Part shown: one piece after another, positions 1 through 9,300 of the stretch | Layout of the letters: every line of letters starts with the position of its first letter | How positions within the stretch are numbered: the first letter of the stretch is position 1 | Sequence record: NC_062582.1 | DNA: 64,000 bases | Reading direction: 5' to 3' (one strand) | Position numbers and translations under genes: made by a program | Notes under the pieces: generated by a model | What the model saw: only the letters and a program-made list of their open reading frames with translations | Told to the model about the DNA's origin: nothing | Database searches by the model: none

Positions 1-4
1 TCAA

Positions 5-292
5 ATGAAAGTACCTAGCGCCGTAGTACTGATGAACAAGTTCATCGAGGCTGTAGTTAAACTGGACGATTCCGGTAAACTAAAGCTGACGGTCGGTTCG
101 TCATTGTCTACGTATCTTTACGAGATTAATGGTCCGGACAAGGATGACGGTCACTACGTCTATTGCGATAATATTTATTGCACCGTAGAGTACCGCCACT
201 TCACGAAAGACATTCGCGATGTGTTCACCCTGACCGAAGAGAATCTGAGCGACTGCGCTCAGGAACTCTACATCACTCTGATCGGCGCGTAA
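5..292 (+). CDS. hypothetical protein
   Basis: 95-aa ORF in a co-directional + strand run; no recognised motif. Confidence 0.6.
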   Translation: MKVPSAVVLMNKFIEAVVKLDDSGKLKLTVGSSLSTYLYEINGPDKDDGHYVYCDNIYCTVEYRHFTKDIRDVFTLTEENLSDCAQELYITLIGA

Positions 293-332
293 TCCGCGCC
301 AACATCCCACAAACACCAATAGGAAAGTTTAA

Positions 333-806
333 ATGTTTATGAAATCTGTGATCCTCGCTGTACTGGCTCTGACTTCCGTTTCTGCATTCGCTGTTAAAGA
401 CGTACAGAAACCAGAATACGAAATCCTACCCAATGCTCCTTACGTACCTGTGCACATCACAAAAGACGTATGTAAAGAAGTCGGTAAGTTGGGTGCATGG
501 ATCAGTACCGGCATCACTAACGGTCTGTCTAATGGCATGATCAATAATAACGTTATCAATGAAGCTGTTGATAATCTGGGTAATCAGAATCTTGTGATCG
601 CGGCAGTGTTGGTTGCACCGGAGAGTGTAATCGACGGTATGCGTGAGTACGATCAACAGCAGGATTACAAAGACGCATCACGTCTGTTCCCTAACTACAA
701 CCGTCATAACCTGCACGGTTCGGTAATCCAATTCCGCTGCTCCAAGCGTATTGGTGAAACCATCGAGATCCCAAAGATCACCCGTGTTAAGAAGGTTTCG
801 ATGTAA
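333..806 (+). CDS. putative secreted/periplasmic protein
   Basis: N-terminal signal peptide (MKSVILAVLALTSVSAFA, AFA cleavage); AGGAAAG RBS; two Cys. Confidence 0.7.
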   Translation: MFMKSVILAVLALTSVSAFAVKDVQKPEYEILPNAPYVPVHITKDVCKEVGKLGAWISTGITNGLSNGMINNNVINEAVDNLGNQNLVIAAVLVAPESVIDGMREYDQQQDYKDASRLFPNYNRHNLHGSVIQFRCSKRIGETIEIPKITRVKKVSM

Positions 807-991
807 TGGCAGACATCGAAATGCCATGGGGCGTTGCTATGCGACTATTCAAAAGGCAGATCGTGCAACGTCTACAGAAAGAACACAAGCTCTCTCCCAA
901 GGAAGCAGTCGCTCTTTGGGAGGAGAGTATTAAACAAGAAGACTCCCGTATTCGGGCCATTTTAGAGGACCTAACAAATGCAGATTCCTGA
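806..991 (+). CDS. hypothetical protein
   Basis: 61 aa; TAATG stop/start overlap with upstream gene. Confidence 0.65.
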   Translation: MADIEMPWGVAMRLFKRQIVQRLQKEHKLSPKEAVALWEESIKQEDSRIRAILEDLTNADS

Positions 992-1265
992 TACGCTGGT
1001 ACAGTTTAATGAGTTCATTAAGGAACTCGCCCGTCTGGATGAAATGAACATTTTAGAGTTGATTCCACATGCCCACATTAAAGGCGTGTATGTGGTGGCA
1101 GTTAAAGATACTACCCGTGGTGTACAATTGTGGTTGGACCGTGATGACATGGTACTCGACTACATGACTGTCATGGGCAGTAAACAGGTCAAGGTATCCT
1201 TTGATATCAAAGGTCTTGCAAGCCGTGCATTCCTCTTCCTTCAGAACTATCGACACGAGATCTAA
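978..1265 (+). CDS. hypothetical protein
   Basis: 95 aa; GAGGA RBS; tightly packed. Confidence 0.65.
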   Translation: MQIPDTLVQFNEFIKELARLDEMNILELIPHAHIKGVYVVAVKDTTRGVQLWLDRDDMVLDYMTVMGSKQVKVSFDIKGLASRAFLFLQNYRHEI

Positions 1266-1267
1266 TC

Positions 1268-1729
1268 ATGAAACTTAAACACCGTGAAAAGTTGGTAACC
1301 GGTTTGCTTGATTCGTATGCCATGTCTGTGCGCCAGTGTTACCCAGGCGAGACTAACCGTCAACTGGTTCGACGTCTGGTTAATGTTCTATATAAAGCCA
1401 ACAAAGGTATGTTCCTTGCTCGTGATGACTCGCGTCATTTCATTGCCAGGTTAAAACATGGTGAAGGTTCATTGACAGTACTGACTGTCTTTGATAACAA
1501 CTGTGTCGACCTGAGCCTACCAGTTGAATTCACTGACGAGATGCAGGAAGACATGTTCATGATGCTCTTCGGCGTGCTGACCCTTGCTGTAAGTGTTACA
1601 GTGAGTCAAGGTATCTCGGATATGAACTCCCGTGCTGCTACTGCTATACAGCGTAATAGCGGGAACTTCTGGAACACCCAACAGCAAGGTACCTTTAGCA
1701 GTCCTGCTCAACAATCCTCACCGCTTTAA
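1268..1729 (+). CDS. hypothetical protein
   Basis: 153 aa; hydrophobic segment and Q/S-rich C-terminus. Confidence 0.65.
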   Translation: MKLKHREKLVTGLLDSYAMSVRQCYPGETNRQLVRRLVNVLYKANKGMFLARDDSRHFIARLKHGEGSLTVLTVFDNNCVDLSLPVEFTDEMQEDMFMMLFGVLTLAVSVTVSQGISDMNSRAATAIQRNSGNFWNTQQQGTFSSPAQQSSPL

Positions 1730-1738
1730 GGACTAACC

Positions 1739-2362
1739 ATGAAAGTAGAAATTACACCACAGCATGGCAAGAACCCTGGTATCAATATCAATGGTCCGCA
1801 GATAACGGACATTGTCTGGCAGATCTTCAACTACTCTATTGGTTCTAACCGTTATGAATGTCCTTGGTATAAAGCTCGTCAAGAAGCGGGGGCGTTCTTC
1901 CAGGGAGGTTCGGGAGAGAATACCGGTTGGATTTTCATTGAGCTTGGGCAGCCTGCCCATGGTTTCAAATACCTGAACATGATTAATCGTGCTCTGGCAT
2001 TTGTTGATGATAATGGCGAACCTGTAAAAGTTCGCGCTATTGTAGATACCGATATCAAACGGAAATACATTGCGGGCCTTACCCGTTTCTACGAGTGCTC
2101 GGTTACCTACGAAAAGAACGTAGCGACTTTCACGCCGAATGACTCTGCCATGATTACAGCCATGGTTGAGAAAAACATTGAATGGGGCAATACATTCACT
2201 CCAGCTACCCTGCCTGTGGGACCCAGCGACCTTATATTTGGGTTGTGTGAAGACCTCAAGTGGCATGCTGATGAATACATCTCTGACGAATATAAACGTA
2301 AGCAACTGATCAATGACCTGCGTTCTGTAGCAGATCAACTACAACTCACTCTTACCGCGTAA
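1739..2362 (+). CDS. hypothetical protein
   Basis: 207 aa; AAGGA RBS; ends at terminator. Confidence 0.7.
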   Translation: MKVEITPQHGKNPGININGPQITDIVWQIFNYSIGSNRYECPWYKARQEAGAFFQGGSGENTGWIFIELGQPAHGFKYLNMINRALAFVDDNGEPVKVRAIVDTDIKRKYIAGLTRFYECSVTYEKNVATFTPNDSAMITAMVEKNIEWGNTFTPATLPVGPSDLIFGLCEDLKWHADEYISDEYKRKQLINDLRSVADQLQLTLTA

Positions 2363-2363
2363 C

Positions 2364-2411
2364 GGCATAAGCCCTCTCCTTCGGGAGAGGGCGTTATGTC
2401 TTATTTTTTTT
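2364..2411. terminator. bidirectional intrinsic terminator between convergent operons
   Basis: GCCCTCTCC-TTCG-GGAGAGGGC stem, extended by GGCATAA/TTATGTC, followed by a T-run. Confidence 0.85.
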
Positions 2412-2415
2412 TGTT

Positions 2416-3243
2416 TCAACGTAACCAGTTAGGTTTCCGTGGTGGAGCTTTACGCTCCCAACCAAGAGTCTTAGCCAGTTCAGTAACATCAGCACTATCG
2501 CTCTCTAAGCCAATGTTAGCACGTTTACGCGCTTCATCTTGCAAAGCCCAGAGAACGTCAGGGGTAATAACTCGTTCGGTCTCAGAGAAGCTCTCAAGAG
2601 CTGGAGAGTTATATTTGTTAGCAGTAAAGATACCACCCTCACCAACGAAGTCCCAAGTAGAGATTTCACGGGTATACTTGATACCACGCATCATGTCATC
2701 TTGAGTAATCGACCGTACAGAGAAATAAGTGTTGATCGATGGGTTATCCAAAGAATCCTGAAGGACCTGTTTAAAAGGACCAAAAGGTTTAACTTCAGCT
2801 ACTACCATTTTAACGCGTTCGCCGTTTTCGTTAACACCATCAATAATGGACAGAGAACGAATGTGTGCACATACACGGTTGTCATCAATCTGACGAATAC
2901 GGCCGAGGTACTGTGGATCGCTCATTGGTTGACGAACGACCTTACCACCCAGTAACAAATCTTGGAAAGGTTCAGGGTGTTTGAATTCAGCAAAGAGTAC
3001 GCCTTTCTTTAAACGACGCATCAAAGGAGAATCAGGAGCGAACATCGAAACGCCGCTCGCTTCATCGTAGAACATACCTGCCGAGTTCTTAGTACCGTAA
3101 CTGCCAACGACGATTGTGTAATAGCCGTCAGCAGATGGAGTAAGGATACCTTTCTTGTTGGTACCGGCAAGCATGGTGCAGCCAACAGTAACAACTGATG
3201 GCGGTGTAGGGATCTGTGGATTTGAAGACATGTTGAATCGCAT
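2416..3243 (-). CDS. prohead (head maturation) protease, phiKZ gp175/SPN3US gp245-like
   Basis: Motifs GVLFAEFKHPE (His), RIRQIDDNRVCAHI, EVKPFGP, FSVRS (Ser), TWDFVGEGGI; C-terminal ALE/GLE autocleavage-type sites; synteny; start moved to the ATG at 3243 (AAGGA RBS). Confidence 0.85.
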   Translation of the reverse strand: MRFNMSSNPQIPTPPSVVTVGCTMLAGTNKKGILTPSADGYYTIVVGSYGTKNSAGMFYDEASGVSMFAPDSPLMRRLKKGVLFAEFKHPEPFQDLLLGGKVVRQPMSDPQYLGRIRQIDDNRVCAHIRSLSIIDGVNENGERVKMVVAEVKPFGPFKQVLQDSLDNPSINTYFSVRSITQDDMMRGIKYTREISTWDFVGEGGIFTANKYNSPALESFSETERVITPDVLWALQDEARKRANIGLESDSADVTELAKTLGWERKAPPRKPNWLR

Positions 3244-3256
3244 AGGGAATTCCTTA

Positions 3257-3979
3257 TTAAGTCCTATATAATTCTTCAATCATCTCCACAGATTCAGATT
3301 CGTTCACCAATGCAGAGTTAATACCCTCAGCGAAGAACGCACCGTTAAGCTTAGAAGTTGTATCAGAGGTGTTCCAAATAACCGACCGGAATGGAATGAC
3401 CACTGGCGGGTTAGTTGTAGCAAAACCATAACTTTGTAAAACGTGACGATACAAACGAGTCATGTCTAATGGGTCACGAGTGATCGTTGAGATAATCAGT
3501 TCAATAACAGAACGACTACCCAAGTTAACCCCTGCGTGTTCCACAGCTGTTTCAAACATGTTTGCAATATCAAAGTAGTTCATATACCAAGGGATGTTCC
3601 CTTTAGCTACAAACTCGTCGTACATGTAATACGTCAATGTATCCGTAACAACCAAAGCTGTCGTGTAGATAACTTTATCACCTGGTTCAAAAGAGAACTC
3701 AAAGTAAGGGTTACCATCGACAACAACTCGTTCAGTAGAACTAGGTCGAATACGCATCATTGCAATTGTGTTGTTTACCGCGTAGTAAGATTCTTCCATA
3801 ATGATCGGGAAGAAACCAAATACGAAAATCTCAGAACCAATTACCGCTAATTTCTTAGCAGTGAAACGTTCAGGGACATGAATCTTACACGGTCGGTTAG
3901 TAACGATCGAACCATCTTCTAATTCGACCAAGTGTTCACGTACGCGATCAGCATCACGCACTAAGGCTTTAATATCCAT
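3257..3979 (-). CDS. virion RNA polymerase beta' C-terminal subunit (phiKZ gp176/SPN3US gp244-like)
   Basis: Synteny next to protease; C-terminal IPFRSV..TSDTTSKLNGAFFAEGINSAL resembles beta' C-terminal region; start at ATG 3979 (AAGGA RBS). Confidence 0.7.
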   Translation of the reverse strand: MDIKALVRDADRVREHLVELEDGSIVTNRPCKIHVPERFTAKKLAVIGSEIFVFGFFPIIMEESYYAVNNTIAMMRIRPSSTERVVVDGNPYFEFSFEPGDKVIYTTALVVTDTLTYYMYDEFVAKGNIPWYMNYFDIANMFETAVEHAGVNLGSRSVIELIISTITRDPLDMTRLYRHVLQSYGFATTNPPVVIPFRSVIWNTSDTTSKLNGAFFAEGINSALVNESESVEMIEELYRT

Positions 3980-4331
3980 GCTTAGTCCTTTGAAGTTCAG
4001 CAACAGAAGGAGGGAGTTCTTTAACTACATCATTAACATGTTGTTTAAATTTATTCCCAGTGTAAGCAGCTTTGCGTACACGTTCCTCATGCATCAAAGG
4101 AGAACCTTGTTGAATATCAATCAAACGAGTGCAACGCTCGGTATTGTTCCAAGTAGGGTCAATACCTTCAGCATCACATTCACCTTGAGCGGCAGCGCGA
4201 GCTGCTTCAATCTCATTACCAGCCTTCTTCATGGTGACGTCAATAGACTCACCTCGCCGTTCTTCCAAACGGGCGAGGCGTCGTTTAAGTTCATCAGGAC
4301 CCCATGCTTCTGTAGAGGACTGGTTTACACT
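3969..4331 (-). CDS. 120-codon ORF, probably translated as a -1 frameshift extension of the upstream head gene
   Basis: Frame is open from the slippery heptamer at 4331-4337 to the stop at 3969; protein-like helical sequence; no well-spaced SD/start of its own. Confidence 0.55.
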   Translation of the reverse strand, partial: SVNQSSTEAWGPDELKRRLARLEERRGESIDVTMKKAGNEIEAARAAAQGECDAEGIDPTWNNTERCTRLIDIQQGSPLMHEERVRKAAYTGNKFKQHVNDVVKELPPSVAELQRTKHGY

Positions 4332-6166
4332 AAAGGGGTTTCTTCCTCTTCAGCATTCTCCAGATCCGTCTCAGCAGCATTTTCTTCAGTATCTTCCAAA
4401 GTATCGCTGGTCTCTTCTACATCGCTAGTTTCGGTTTCATCACCGGATTCCAGTTCAGCGTAAGGATCATCTTCTACTTCTTCGGTTTCTGTGGTTTCGG
4501 TCTCATCAGTAAAGTCACTGGTATCTTCGGTCTCGGTTTGTTCTACTTCACCACCGAATTCAGTTTCTTCAACTTCATTGATGTTATCCACAACTTCAAC
4601 ATCGTCTACAACAAGCTCAGGTGCTTCTGGAGCTTCTTCTTCATCAATCTTAACCGCTAGGATACCTTCATCGATATCAACGCCAGTTTCGTCCAGCACG
4701 CCTGTATCAGGTACAGCGTTAGGATCGATAATAGCGGTATAGCTACCAACAGTAATCTGTTTAGCCAAGAAGATAGCAGTCAGGGTAATGATTGCCTGAG
4801 TACTCAATTCACGCAGAGTTGCACCAGGGAAATCTTGACCATATTCGTCAATAGCTTCCAAGAACAGTTTGTAGTTAGAGTCTGGGAAATACACGTCGAC
4901 GATCAAAGTAGCGAATGTCTTGTAAGCATTCTTGAGATCATCACGACCCAACTTACGAAGAGCGGCTTGCATGCGCAGATCAATCTGATCGATTGGGTAA
5001 TCTTTCAGAGCACCATCACGAGCCATAGTCAGGAAGGTAGTGATTACGTCATTACGAGTTTGACGATCAGCATAATCGATTGCAGCTTGTTTGATCAGCG
5101 GATAGATAGTCAACCAACGCTTGATGTACTGTTCACGACCACGTTCAATTTGCTCAAGCATGGTAATGCCTGGATTATCTACAGCGGCACCCAGTACAGC
5201 TTGGATATCACCACCAGCGATCAGCCATGGACCCGATACGTCGTTGTTAACAATAACAACAGCACGACGGGTATCGATTGGATTGGTAGCTTCGTTACGC
5301 AGAATCAACTCACCACGTTCACGTTGGTCAGCACGCAGCATGTAAGCACGACCCAGATAGAAACCAAAGCACTCGTGCATCAGTTCCATCTTAGTGGTCC
5401 AAGTGCCTACGTCAACACCCGGTACGTTAACAGGGTTATGCATGTAGTTACCACACAGGAAATAAGCCAGTGCAATATCGTCTACGTTGAATGGTTGTGC
5501 TTGCAGTGACATGTAAGGCAAGGCATTAATATTAACTTCCCCGTCGGAACCGAAAAGACTTTCCCAAACACGTTCAAGACGTTCGGCACCCAATTGCAAT
5601 GCCCATTCAGTAACTTCTTCTTGTTCCAGGTGTGGGTTGTTAACAGAGATGTCTTCGATGATCTGATCAGCACTAACAGGAGGCAGACGATAAGTAGTGT
5701 AAGCCTGTAGAGGACGAACAGAACTGTAGCTGGTGTTAACATGGTTTACCAAGACAGGACTATCATGGATCGCTGCGTAAATGAATGGTTCAACACGATA
5801 CTCAGGTTGGCTAGTACGTGCTTGCAGGTTAGCAAAGAAGCTATGCATATCTTTGATAGCAGGGATGATAACGTTGTTCGTAGTGAATAGAGTCTTAGAC
5901 AGACCCAGGTGAACGTTCTCGATCAGAGCAGCGCGAGTATCTTGTTCGATAGGAAGTGTTTCAGCGTTTACTTCCTCAAGGTGGTTCTCAACAGACACCG
6001 CCAGTTCATCGGTCAGTTCAACGTCTTGTGGAGCTTCATCAACGTTGTAGCTGTTGGCAAATTGAGCCAGTGGATATTCGTTACTAGCAAACGTCAGTAC
6101 TTTACCATCGCGGGTCAGCATCTGTGCTGCGTCGCGTACAGCGTTAATAGTTTCGGCAATACTCAT
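4325..6166 (-). CDS. virion head protein, phiKZ gp177/SPN3US gp243-like, with acidic C-terminal tail
   Basis: 613 aa; syntenic position between vRNAP genes; about 120-aa D/E/T-rich tail. Confidence 0.65.
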   Translation of the reverse strand: MSIAETINAVRDAAQMLTRDGKVLTFASNEYPLAQFANSYNVDEAPQDVELTDELAVSVENHLEEVNAETLPIEQDTRAALIENVHLGLSKTLFTTNNVIIPAIKDMHSFFANLQARTSQPEYRVEPFIYAAIHDSPVLVNHVNTSYSSVRPLQAYTTYRLPPVSADQIIEDISVNNPHLEQEEVTEWALQLGAERLERVWESLFGSDGEVNINALPYMSLQAQPFNVDDIALAYFLCGNYMHNPVNVPGVDVGTWTTKMELMHECFGFYLGRAYMLRADQRERGELILRNEATNPIDTRRAVVIVNNDVSGPWLIAGGDIQAVLGAAVDNPGITMLEQIERGREQYIKRWLTIYPLIKQAAIDYADRQTRNDVITTFLTMARDGALKDYPIDQIDLRMQAALRKLGRDDLKNAYKTFATLIVDVYFPDSNYKLFLEAIDEYGQDFPGATLRELSTQAIITLTAIFLAKQITVGSYTAIIDPNAVPDTGVLDETGVDIDEGILAVKIDEEEAPEAPELVVDDVEVVDNINEVEETEFGGEVEQTETEDTSDFTDETETTETEEVEDDPYAELESGDETETSDVEETSDTLEDTEENAAETDLENAEEEETPLV

Positions 6167-6178
6167 TTGTTTAGTTCC

Positions 6179-6376
6179 TTACTGGCCCAGGTATTTAAGT
6201 GTCCGACCAATCAAGGCCGCTTGGATATCTTCGATTGTCAGATGCTCACCCTCAAGAGTGATAGCTGCATCGTTGTTGCCCAGGGAGCGAGCAATAGACT
6301 CGCCCCCCAGTTCAGCCACAGCAATAAGAACAGTTGTGTTCTGTGCGTAGACTACGTTACTATTTTGCTTTTCCAT
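6179..6376 (-). CDS. small hypothetical protein (possibly virion-associated)
   Basis: 65 aa; overlaps the RNAP beta stop; fills the gap in the late operon. Confidence 0.6.
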   Translation of the reverse strand: MEKQNSNVVYAQNTTVLIAVAELGGESIARSLGNNDAAITLEGEHLTIEDIQAALIGRTLKYLGQ

Positions 6377-9300
6377 TTACTTTTCCTCGGTAAACACCAG
6401 CCACTCGTTTTGATAGAATAGAGAGCAGCAAGATTGTGGGGGCACTAATTTTGGGTGACATAACCATACGTTCTTCAACAGAGGTGTTACCAAAGATGAG
6501 ATCGATTGGGGTTCCGTCTTCTAATTCATTTCGTCCGGTCATTACTCGGGACACAACAGTTTTCATTTGGTTACCCATAACTGCTTTGTCACCAACACCA
6601 AACGGGATATCGTGGTCAATGTAAATCCGGATTACCAAAGTATCCGGTTCCATGACTTGTCCTTTAATACGGAAGCTAGAATCTACTTCACCAGTGAACA
6701 CAGGACGACCAAGTTCTTTTGCGACTTCTTCACGGATCTTATCTGCCTTCTCAGCGATCTCTCGCAGGTTGTCAGACATGTCTTCCATGTCGCCATGATA
6801 CAAGACATCTACCTTACTAACAGTACCAACCATTTTGGCGGAAGGAGCTGCACGACCCAATAGTTTCAGGGTTTCGATAGACGCTTCATCGAACAAAGTG
6901 TTCTCTGCTGTTTCAGGGTCTTCAATATAACATAGAGTTGAGTCTAGATCTAAATGGTCACCAACTTTAACCAGGTCTCGAACAGTCTGATCAAATCGAA
7001 CAGTGATATTCTTGATTTCTGTAGTTTGTGTATTGAGATCTTTTGCCAACGCAGCTGAGATTGTAGATCCGTCTTCAAGTGTGTCTAAGTTGTCAGAGAA
7101 CATTACCAAAGGTAGGGTACCAGACATCCAGCAAACTTGGTTAGGGGTGTAGCGATCCTCAGAGAAATACTTCCGGTTATATGAGATTGTATCACCCAGT
7201 TTAACTTTGTCGCCTTTCTTCAGAGAGGTTACCAAGTCATGTGGATAGTTCACACCAGCAGCAGTGCCGTGATTGACACCAAGCGGTGCTGACTCATAAG
7301 TGCCATCAGCATACTTAACTGTAATGCCGTGTTTACCGACCTCTACAACTTCACCGTCTTGATCCGCAGAAGTAGCAAAGATACTACTGTTACGCTGTGC
7401 AACGATTTGTTCATAGCCGGTACGGAGTGGGTTAACTCGATAGCCATCAGCATACATACCCTGCTGCTGTTGAATACTAATAAAGTTAACACGTTTTGCG
7501 TCGTCGTTGGTTGACGCTACTGCCAGCAAGCTGGAAGTGGAAAGCATAGTACCTGGACCGTCAGTCTCTTTGTTAAACTTACGGGTAGTACCAAACATCG
7601 AATCAATGTTAGCATCTGGTGACAGGTAAGCAATAACACCTACAGCACCGGAGTCAACGGTAGACTCAGACAGAACACCAACATCGGCCTCACCGTAGAT
7701 ACGTGTACGCGCAACCATCGAAACGGTACCACGACCACCATCACCACGATAAGTCATTGCCTCTTGCTCACGGATGTTAGCAATAGGGTTAGAGTCTTCT
7801 ACTTGTGCAACAGTCGGGTCTTGGGTAATACGGCGCCATACTTCATGTTGATCCAGAACGATCTGCTGATCAGAAGAACCTTCACGAGAGTTAAAGCGAC
7901 GGACAGCGGCAGACAAGGAACTATGAATAGTACCAGCCATACGCTCATAACCACGATAGCGCATGTAAGCGCCATCTACTTCACCTGGACTCCAGTCTGT
8001 TTGTAGGTCTTCGATAGCTTTGTAAACAAGGTCTTCGAAAGTCTCAGGGAGTTTCAATTCTTGAAGAATCTTCAAGGTGATAGGGTCAACCCATGTGGCG
8101 AACAACGAATCGACAATCCGGAGATAACGGGCTGATAAACCAACCGACTCCAGAATACGATAGTAAACGTCTTTACTGTCAAAGTCATGACGAGTAAATG
8201 TACGAAGTGATTGGTGATAACGTTTCAGGCCACCTAGTACCAATTGTGCTTTGTAGTTAGAACGAGGGAATACCAGAATCTGATCAGCGAATGCCAAAGT
8301 AAATTCATCTGGACTAACAACGATCTTAGTACCACGTTGATGAGCGATGTATTCAACTCCCAACGAATCGATCAAAGCACCGAGACCTTTGTGGTAAGCC
8401 AGCACCAAACCAACTGGAAGTTCTTTGTTAGATACCGAAATGTTGATAGCTTCGATAGGAGCCTTAGAAAGGTTCAGACCAAGCAGTTCTACAATCGTGC
8501 CCATTGGTTCCAGTTCACGAGTGGCAGATTCTAACAGATAGAAAGTACCAGCATCATCTACCAGAATTGGTTCGCCTTCACGAACACCAGTCATCACATA
8601 ACCGGGCTTTTCATAATCTTCAACACTCAGACTAAACTTAGTTTGGAAATAATCCTTACGTTTGCTGTAGTCAAAATAGAAGTGGTTCTTACCGTTATCA
8701 AAACCAGCAAAGGTTTTACCCAACGAAGTATAAACACGGGGCAAATGATAAGCCGATTGATCCAGTTCACTGAATTTAGGGTTAGTTACAGTATCGTTCG
8801 TTGCATCTGTAGCACGACTTGTAATCTGACGTGACAACCATAGATCATAGTCGTTGTCAGCGCGCTCAGAGCGCATTACAAACGTTTTGTTAATGTAACT
8901 AGTCAGAGCTACCTTTAACGGACTAACCTTGCGATACGGGATGTCAGTGCGTTGTTGACGTTGACGAGAAATAACGCCGTTAGCTTTAAAGCGACCATCT
9001 TTGTCAATAACCGGAATACGGAAATGGAGTTGAGATGCACGACCACGAATAGGTTTAACAGTAACGTTAAAACTCAGTGTGTGGTTGTTAATGTCTTCGT
9101 CTTCACGAACCTTAACATCAATAACAGAAACACCACCTGCTTGAATACCGATAATCGATTGCAGAATAAACTTAGGCAACAGGACTTTGTTAAACTTCCG
9201 CATCATTGCTTGGTGCTTAGAAGAAAGCATCGATTTGTCAATGATAGTCGAAGTGTCTTTATAACTAGTCTTTGGTACTTCCAAGTCTTCCGGATGAATC

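Noticed and set aside
3978-5509. Several + strand Ser/Val-rich ORFs (3978-4463, 4491-4742, 4835-5509)
   Set aside because: Antisense translations of the acidic tail and body of the gp177-like gene.
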